DNA of 42,297 nucleotides from Vicugna vicugna (lineage: Eukaryota). Positions within the stretch are counted from its first letter, which is position 1. Every line of letters starts with the position of its first letter. The notes below the pieces were generated by a model that made no database searches, was not told where the DNA came from, and saw nothing but the letters and a program-made list of their open reading frames with translations. A program made the position numbers and the translations under genes. Positions 33,850-42,297 of this stretch are shown one piece after another. The DNA lies in the NCBI GenBank assembly GCA_013265495.1, contig MU058366.1, forward strand, positions 276,837 through 319,133, read 5' to 3'.

Positions 33850-34430
33850 GGAAACCAGCACCAGAGTAGCATCATGCTCCTTCCTCATGGCACCCAACCT
33901 GCAGCAACCACTCATCTTCTGCCTTTCACTGTGGATATGTTGGCATTTTACATAAAAGGATCATCTGGTACACAGTCTTACATGTCTGACTACTTCCACT
34001 TGGCATACTGACTTTCACATTCATCCACATTGTAGTTTTTATCAGTAAGTTGTCCTTTTTATCACTGAGTGTCGGGTGGACACGCCACATTCAGAGTGTT
34101 TCCAGCTCTTGGCTATTTTGCCTAAAGGTACTAGATACATTCGTGTACAAGTCTTTGTGTGGACATACAGCTTTCACTTAGCTTAGATAAACATCTAAGA
34201 CTGCAATAGCTGGCTTCTTTGGGAAGCATATGTTTAACCTTTTAACAAACAAGCAAGCTGTACCATCTGGTACCCTAACAGCAATGTGGAAAAGTTCAGT
34301 CCCTGCACATCCTGGTCAACACTTGGTTTGGCCAGTCTTTTTTTTTTAATTTAAATTTTTAAAAATTTTATATTATTAAGTATGCAGCAGTTTCTCATTG
34401 TAGGTTTACTATGCATTTCCCCGATGACAC
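33850..34430 (-). mobile_element. Old L1 (L1M-type) 3'-region fragment
   Basis: gcaaccactcatcttct...ttcatccacattgtag...tacattcgtgtacaagtctttgtgtggacata...cacatcctggtcaacacttg. Confidence 0.7.
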
Positions 34431-35818
34431 AGGATGCCAGGTCTGGTGGAGCTGATGATGAAAGCTGGCTAGTGTCAACAAAAATGTCACTTTCTCTACA
34501 GTGGTGGTGGCAGGGAGAGAGAGACACATCAGCTTTCACATCTTCCCAGGAGCTGGGCTAGTAGTCAAACCAGCAGGACAGAACCAAGGGGGTCTCCTCG
34601 ACGGACTCTTCCTCTTTGGTTGGAGAGGAGGCTTGGGGTGACAAGAAAAAGGAGGAACTTAATTGAGGTGGGGTCTGTCCTGCTCATCTCCGCTGTGGTT
34701 CACGTCTATTTCTTTCAACTAAGCCTCAGAATCTTCCACTTTTCCCTCCCTGGAATTGGAAAGCTCAGCATTGAGCCACAGCCTGCGGTGCACGTTTCCA
34801 ACAATATCATTGTGCGGAAGTTGGTTGGTCTGAATATGGAACTGAAAGATCCTGCAGAGATGGGAAGCAGGGCTGGGAAAAACAGTCACTAAGGGGTGGG
34901 TTCTAGCCCTTGGGGCTAGATTTCTTCCCCCAATCAGAACTTGCCTGGATGTCTAAGCTGCCAGAAACCTCAGCTGGAAAGTAGCTGCTAAAACTTCCTG
35001 GCTCTGACAGCAGACTGCCGGGTTACTGCCCAGGAGATAATCACTGGAGCCATCATCAAAGTCTTTGCCTGAGGAACCAAGCACACCTTCTCAAGTCAGG
35101 CTCTTATTATTTATTGTCTTACATAAAGTGATGACCTCAAAATATTTTTGACATGTAAGTCTATGATTCATGATCACTCCTGTAATGCTTTATAGGTAAC
35201 AAAACAACTGACAGAAAACACGTTCTATTTTACTGCCTTTCACTGCACTTTTGTTCCTACCACCGGCACAACAGTCCCACATCCTCATGTGCCACGGAGC
35301 CCGGCAAGCTACATCGGCAGCCCTGCAGGCAATTACATTCTGCCAAAGGGGTGTGAGCCTGGACAACATGCGCAGTTACTGGGTCAAGGAAAGTGCATTT
35401 TAATTTATACTTCCTGTCAGCTGCACCTGCCTCCTCTCTAGCCCTTGTCCCTGGTGGGGGAATAGCCACATCTGGAGCTGCTGGATCAGCTGGAACAGCT
35501 GGAGCGGTCTTGGAACTAGAGATACAAGTCACACGTTAGGTATCAGCCCGCCAGTTCTTCAGCCAGTTTCCTCAGATGATCTCATGATCAGAGCATCCCA
35601 TTGGCCAGGGACCACCTTCCTGCTGACCTCTGCTTGAGAAACAGACTCCATCTTTTGAGTGTATTCTAGGCTCTCTTGTTCAAGCTGCCTAGACCAAGCA
35701 CAGGACCCAGCAGAGACGGCAGCTTCTGTGTATCTGCTCTGCTTCTTCCATTTATTAATAAAGTTTCCCCCTGGGATTTAAAAAATTGACATATAATATA
35801 CATAACATAAAAGCCATT

Positions 35819-37905
35819 TTTAAAACATTTTTATTGAATTATAGTCATTTTACAATGTTGTGTCAAATTCCAGTGTAGAGCACAATTTTTCAGTTATACA
35901 TGAACATATATATATTCGTTGTCACATTTTTTTCTCTGTGAGCTACCATAAGATCTTGTGTATATTTCCCTGTGCTATACAGTATAATCTTGTTTATCTA
36001 TTCTACAATTTTGAAATCCCAGTCTATCCCTTCCCACCCCTACCCCCTTGGCAACCACAAGTTTGTATTCTATGTCTATGAGTCTGTTTCTGTTTTGTAT
36101 TTATGCTTTGTTTGTGGGTTTTTTTTTTTAGATTCCACATATGAGTGATCTAATATGGTATTTTTCTTTCTCTTTCTGGCTTACTTCACTTAGAATGACA
36201 TTCTCCAGGGACATCCATGTTGCTGCAAATGGCGTTATGTTGTCAGGTTTTATGGCTGAGTATATTCCATTGTATAAATATACCACTTCTTCTTTATCCA
36301 GTCATCTGTTGATAGACTTCTAGGCTGTTTCCATGTCTTGGCTATTGTAAATAGTGCTGCTATGAACATTGGGGTGCAGGTGTCATCCTGAAGTAGGGTT
36401 CCTTCTGGACATATGCCCAGGAGCGGGATTCCTGGGTCATATGGTAAGTCTATTCCTAGTCTTTTGAGGAATCCCCATACTGTCTTCCACAGTGGCTGCA
36501 CCAAATTGCATTCCCACCAGCAGTGTAGGAGGGTTCCCTTTTCTCCACAGCCTCTGCAGCATTTGTCATTTGTGGACATTTGAATGATGGCCATTCTGGC
36601 TGATGTTAGGTGATACCTCATTGTAGTTTTGATTTGCATTTCTCTGATAATTAGTGATATTGAACATTTTTTCATGTGCCTATTGATCATTTGTATGTCT
36701 TCCTTGGAGAATTGCTTGTTTAGGTCTACTGCCCATTTTTGGATTGGGTTGTTTGGTTGTTTCTTATTAAGTCGTATGAGCTGCTTATATATTCTGGAGA
36801 TCAAGCCTTTGTCGGTTTCATTTGCAAAAATTTTCTCCCATTCCGTAGGTTGTCTTTTTGTTTTACTTGTGGTTTCCTTTGCTGTGCAGAAGCTTGTAAG
36901 TTTCATTAGGTCCCATTGGTTTATTCTTGCTTTTATTTCTGTGGCTTGGGTAGACTGTCCTAGGAGAACATTTTTGAGATGTATGTCAGATAATGTTTTG
37001 CCTATCTAGGAGGTTTATTGTATCTTGTCTTATATTTAAGTCTTTGATCCATTTTGAGTTGATTTTTGTGTATGGTGTAAGGGAGTGTTCTAGCTTCATT
37101 GTTTTACATGCTGCTGTCCAGTTTTCCCAACACCATTTGCTAAAGAGACTGTCTTTATGCCGTTGTATATTCTTGCCTCCTTTGTCGAAGATGAGTTGAC
37201 CAAAAGTTTGTGGGTTCATTTCTTGGCTCTCTATCCTGTTCCATTGGTCTATATGTCTGTTTTGGTACCAATACCATGCTGTCTTGATGACTGTAGCTCT
37301 ATAGTATTGTCTGAAGTCTGGGAGAGTTATTCCCCCAGCCTCTTTCTTTCTCTTCAGTAATGTTTTGGCAATTCTAGGTCTTTTGTGGTTCCATATAAAT
37401 TTGATTATGATTTGTTCTACTTCTGTGAAATATGTCCTGGGTAATTGGATAGGGATTGCATTAAATCTGTAGATTGCCTTGGGCAGTGTGACCATTTTAA
37501 CAATATTGATTCTTCCAATCCAGGAGCATGGGATATCTTTCCATTTTTTTAAGTCTTCTTTAATTTTCTTGATCAGTGTTTTATAGTTTTCCATTCACCT
37601 CCTTGGTTAGATTTATTCCTAGGTATTTTATTACTTTGGGTGCTATTTTAAAGAGGATTGTTTCTTTACTTTTTTTTTCTGTTGATTCATCGTTAGTGTA
37701 AAGAAATGCAATTGATTTTTTAACATTAATCTTGTAACCTGCTAACTTGCTGAATTCTTCAATTAGTTCTAACAGTTGTTATGTGGACCTTTTAGGGTTT
37801 TCTATATGTAGTATCATATCATCTGCATATAGTGACACTTTTACCTCTTCTTTTCCAATTTGGATCCCTTTTATTTCTCTCTCTTGCCTGATTGCTGTGG
37901 CTAGG
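35819..37905 (-). mobile_element. Young 5'-truncated L1, ~2.1 kb (ORF2 C-terminal part plus 3'UTR)
   Basis: ORFs 36986-37594 and 36250-36906 are clearly L1 ORF2 ([42 protein letters not shown]) but frameshifted. Perfect 12-bp TSD ataaaagccatt at 35807-35818 and 37906-37917. Confidence 0.96.
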
Positions 37906-38387
37906 ATAAAAGCCATTATTTTAAAGTGCACAAGTCAGAAGGTTTTTAGTATATTCACAGTTCTGCAACCATCACCACTACGTAGTTTCAGTACACATTC
38001 ACCACCTCCAAAAACCCCTGTGCCCATTAATAGTCACTACCCATTCCTCCTTCAGCCTCAGCCCCTGAAAACCACTCATCTGTTTCTGTCTCTAGGGAAT
38101 TGCTTATTCTGGGCATTTCATGGGAATGGAATTATACAATATGTGGTCTTTTGTGCCTGGCTTCTTTCACTGAGCATAACGTTTTCAAGGTTCATCCATG
38201 TGGTAGCACATGTCTGTACTTCATTCCTTTTTAGGGCCAAATAATATAATATTCCATTGTATGGTTAGACCACGTTTTGTTTGTCCATTCATCCACTTGT
38301 GGGCATTTGAGATGTTTCTACTTTTTGACTATTATGGATAATGCTGCTATGAACAATCACGTACATGTTTTATCACAGATGTATTTT

Positions 38388-38751
38388 TGTTAAGTACTCA
38401 ATGTTTGTGTCCCCTGCCCCAGATTCACATGTTGAACCCCCAGTATGTGGACATAGGGCCTTTGGGAAGTAACTAGATTTAGCTGAGGACAGGAGGGTGG
38501 TATCCTCATGATGAGATGAGTGCCGTTACAAGAGGTCAGAGAGCTTGCTTGCTTTCTCTCTCTCTGCCATACGGCGACACAGCAAGAAGACACCGGTTTG
38601 CAAGCCAGGAAGACAGCTCCCACCAGGGACTAAATAAGCTGGCACCTTGATCTTAAACTTCCAAGCCTAGCAAACTGTGAGAAATAAATGTCTATTGGCT
38701 AAGCCACCCACTCAGGTATTTTTGTTATAGCAGCCCAAGCTAACCTATACA
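38388..38751 (+). mobile_element. Full-length solo MaLR LTR (MLT1A-like)
   Basis: TG...CA ends (tgttaagtactcaatgtttgtgtcccc...gttatagcagcccaagctaacctataca); 5-bp TSD ATTTT at 38383-38387 and 38752-38756; internal AATAAA. Confidence 0.88.
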
Positions 38752-40382
38752 ATTTTCAATTCTTTATCATTATAAAATGTCTTTCTTGGTCTCTTGCAAC
38801 AATTTTTACCCTAAAGTCTATTTTTATTAATATATGCATTCTTACTCCCTTTGGTTACTCTTTGTATGGTGTATGTTTTTTCCCATTTTCTATTTTCAAC
38901 CTATCTGCATCTTTGAACCTAAGGTGTATCTCCAGTAGACAGTATATAGTTGAATCACGATTTTTTGAAATTCATTCTGCCAATCTGTGCCCTTTAATTT
39001 GAGTATTTAATCCATTTACATTCAATGTAATTACTAATAAGGTAGGATTACATTTGCCACTTGGCTATTTGTTTTCTATATATATGTATTTTTTGTTCCT
39101 CTATTTCTCCATTATTGTCTACTTTTTTAGTTAAATATTTTCAAGTGACCATTTAAGTTCTCTTGTTTCTTCTACTAAAGTTTTTGAATTATTTTCTTAG
39201 TGATTGATTCCCAGTGATTACAAATAGCATCTTAACTTTTTTCAGATTTATGCTAACTTAATTTCAACAGCATATATAAATTTGCTCTTATATAGTTCTC
39301 TCCCTTCCTGCCTCTCTTGTGCTATTTTTCATCATATGCATTACATGTATAAGTTCATTGACACTGTTTTATAATTACTGGTTTATGGAGTGGTTTTTTT
39401 GAGTCAGATAGAAGAAAAGAGTCACAAACAAACAAACAAACAATTATACTGTCTTTTATGTTTATCTCTGTAGTTGACTTTACATACCTTTTCATTTCTT
39501 TGCATGTCTCTTAGTGTTTGGTTGAAAACTGAACATTTAAAATATTTTAATATATCAGCTCTGGAAATCATATTCTGTCCCCTTCACAGATTTTATTGTT
39601 GCTACTGTTTATGAGTTTTCTGAACTAATCCTGTAAAGTTTGTACTCTTTGTCATGTGTGGTCACTGGAGTCTCTGCTTGGTTAGCTTAGTGGTCAGATA
39701 ATGACTGGACTGGTATCTCTTTCAATTCCTAAAACCAGCATGTCTCCCAATCTTTGCCAATGAGCTCTTCACTACTCAGCCAGGCAGTTTACAACTCTGT
39801 CTTAGCTTTCACTTCCTAGTTGAATGGAGCTTCAGGTTTAGCCAGATTTGAGAGCTTAAGGTCTTCTCAGATCTTTCCTGAGTATGTACATAGTCCTGGG
39901 CACGCACACAACGCTATGCATGTTGTGGCCTTTTGGATTTTCAGGAATATGTCAGAGTTTTTCAAAGCCCCCTGTGGACATCTCGTTTCCCAGCTTTTCC
40001 TTTTAAGCTTTTTGGTTAGCCAATTGTTTTCCCAACTGTTATCCACTGCCTCAGATGGCCACAATGTTAAACTATTGCCTTTGATTGTTTCTGACTACCC
40101 ACTCCCGACCAGGGAAAGGCTTTTTGCACTGGATAAGCTCCAACTGGGGTCAAAAAGACAGCCTTTGAGCGATGTCTTCCAGGGAACTACCAGATAAGTC
40201 AACTAACAATGATTGTCTCAGAATGAGACTTTGAAGGCTCTTCAACCCTGTACTACCTTCTCCAGTGTCTGATAAGCTTCTGGTTTTCACCATGATGGTA
40301 GGTTGCCAGTTTTCAAGGCTACTGCAGAGCTGGGGATAGGAATGAGACAAGTTAAAATGCCACAAAACTCACTGTTCTGAGA

Positions 40383-40435
40383 TTCACCTGATGATGCTGA
40401 AGCTGCTGGCCTGTGGACCACTTTGAGAACCACTG
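40383..40435. mobile_element. MER5-like terminal fragment
   Basis: gatgctgaagctgctggcctgtggaccactttgagaaccactg. Confidence 0.6.
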
Positions 40436-42297
40436 GATGGAAATGAAGTATGCAAATGGAGACTAAAGTGAGGCTAAGTGTCCTCTACTATGATACAAAC
40501 ACACAATTGGTCTCCTTTTTCTCCTTTACTAAATTCTGACCACTGAACCAATGGTATATGAGAAAGAGAGGTGTTCTCTGACTTGGTTGGACAATAAAGG
40601 ATGGGCCTGTCCCAAGGGATCTCTCAGTGTCTTTTCAAACCTGTGCTTACAAGGAGAAACACCTTTTCTAAATATAGTTTATTTTAAATCCCTGCTTGCC
40701 CAGTGGGTTGGGAGGAGCATATTGGAAACATGAAAACATTTCTCCTTCCCAAGGGCAATTACACCACTTGTCTGTAACAAGTACTTCGGAGAATTGCCCT
40801 CCTAAGATCCTAGGAGTCCCTGAAGTTCTTTGGTTTTAACTCTTCCAACAGCAATCCCAGCCTCCTCTTGCCACCTTCTGGCCTCATGCCCACAGCTCTG
40901 CTCTCCTGCTTCCATGGATCAAGGCTTCTGAGAGTTCCCTGGATTCCTTGTCAGACTTCCAGGTGAAAAGGACAGCTGGTTTCCACAGGTAGCAGTGAAC
41001 CCAGGTGGAAGGCTGGGTGCCTATCTGCCTATGAGGACCTGGATCCTGGCAGTCTGTCTTCTGTGGAATCAAGGGAAATTCTGTCCCCCTTTCCCTTCTG
41101 GGCTGATGAAATGGAGAGGGACTTGGAGTAGGACAGCAGCCACTTCCTGGGACACTGTAGGAAGGAGACTTGTGGGTGTGGCTGGGGCTCCAAGGATAGA
41201 AGACACAGGCACGGAGATGAGGAGCTGGGAAGGAAGTGAAGGAAAGCCTCTGACCAGGGGCTCGAACTTACACCAGGAATGGCAGCTGGTGTTTCCTCCA
41301 GGGCTGGGGATGGAGCAAAATCCATTTCCTGACAGAGGAGCAGAGTGTGGCTGGCCCTGAGGACAGAAGGCCATATATATGCCTCAGGATGCTGAGCTGA
41401 CTCTGGTCACTCTATGGCACGGTCGGGGGCTTTGGGTTCTCTTCCGGGGCATCAGGGCCAGGAGCAAGTGTTCCTGGACAGCCAGCCAATCCGGGCCTTC
41501 CAGATGACCCAGGAAAAGGAGCTGTCACCAGGGTGTGCCAAGGCTGAGCCTCCAGGTCTCAAGCTCAGTGATAAGGCCTTGTTGGCAGCTGTGTGAAAAG
41601 CATCCAGGAGAAGCCTCAACAGGGTATCTCAGAATGGGGCACCCAATGGGGAAACTGGGGCCCACAGCCTGGCCTTCCCCTGGGCCAGGTCCCAAGGCCA
41701 GCTGTGCCTGTGACACCAGATAGGGTTAGTCAGGCTCTGAGCAACAGACTCGTGTAACCAAGCTCATGGACCCCATCATACCAACCCAGATGACACAAGA
41801 TTTGTGGTTGGGTAGACTTGGATTTGGCATTGGGTATTCAGCAGGCAGATGTCAGGATAGACATTTCTGTGGGGGAAGGGGCAGGTTCTGGCAAACCTTT
41901 CATCATATTTTAGGTTCTTTTATCAAACCTAATGCACAGGAGACGTAGAATGTACACCAGACTCCAGGCCTCAGGGGTCCACTAGCTCCACTGACTTTCA
42001 CCTCCATGGATCGTCCCCTTCCTCACCTGCCATGGAGGGAACAGACCTGGCAGTAGCTACATCCATGGCCTTCTCTCCTTCACTGGAGGAGCTTTATTCT
42101 GACAGCATACCACATCTGTTTCTGCTTCTAAAGCTTCTCCACCCAAACACAACAAGTAATGGAGAATGTTTACTGCCAGGCACTGTTTCAGGGGGCATAT
42201 GCAATTATTCAGTGTCCCATTCTGTGATGGAGATGCTGCCATCGTCCGCGGCACCGCGGTGGACAGCCTGTCTGCCACTAATGGACATTTGGGTTCT

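Larger units (their letters stand above)
35780..40380 (-). mobile_element. Old L1 (L1MB/L1M-type) host sequence carrying younger L1 and MLT insertions
   Basis: 3' end aaaaattgacatataat...ataaaagccatt resumes at 37918 as attttaaagtgcacaagtcag...ttcatccatgtggtagca. Further degraded L1 from 38757 to ~40380, possibly a separate fragment. Confidence 0.7.

Noticed and set aside
36250..37594. L1 ORF2 fragments as functional genes
   Set aside because: 5'-truncated and frameshifted, without ORF1, endonuclease or most of RT.
1..42297. CRISPR arrays, operons or prokaryotic defence systems
   Set aside because: The DNA is clearly mammalian (ORs, L1, SINE, MaLR), and no repeat-spacer array is present.

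Overview
Mammalian genomic DNA, probably camelid (inferred from a Vic-1-type tRNA-derived SINE). It is not microbial, and most ORFs in the track are spurious. The window opens with what looks like the 3' end of an unidentified plus-strand gene (AATAAA at 409-414). It carries one full-length single-exon class II olfactory receptor (minus, 6190-7125, OR10AC1-like) with unusual substitutions at the conserved TM1 and TM7 asparagines, and a half-deleted OR13-like pseudogene (19249-19845). An intron-containing CXorf49/DUF4641-like pseudogene (29039-31768, five coding exons) is only fragmentarily visible in the ORF track; it lies behind a CpG-rich NRF1-motif promoter and a solo ERV LTR. The rest is layered transposon debris (L1, SINE, MaLR/MLT1, ERV-L internal, MER5, MER58, L2/MIR), with several nested insertions whose order can be read from target-site duplications. 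Repeat-poor blocks with long minus-strand frames (11.6-16.1 kb; also 0.8-5 kb) may be decayed exons of an unrecognised gene. I found no convincing wholly new biological system. Family names come from recalled sequences, not database searches.
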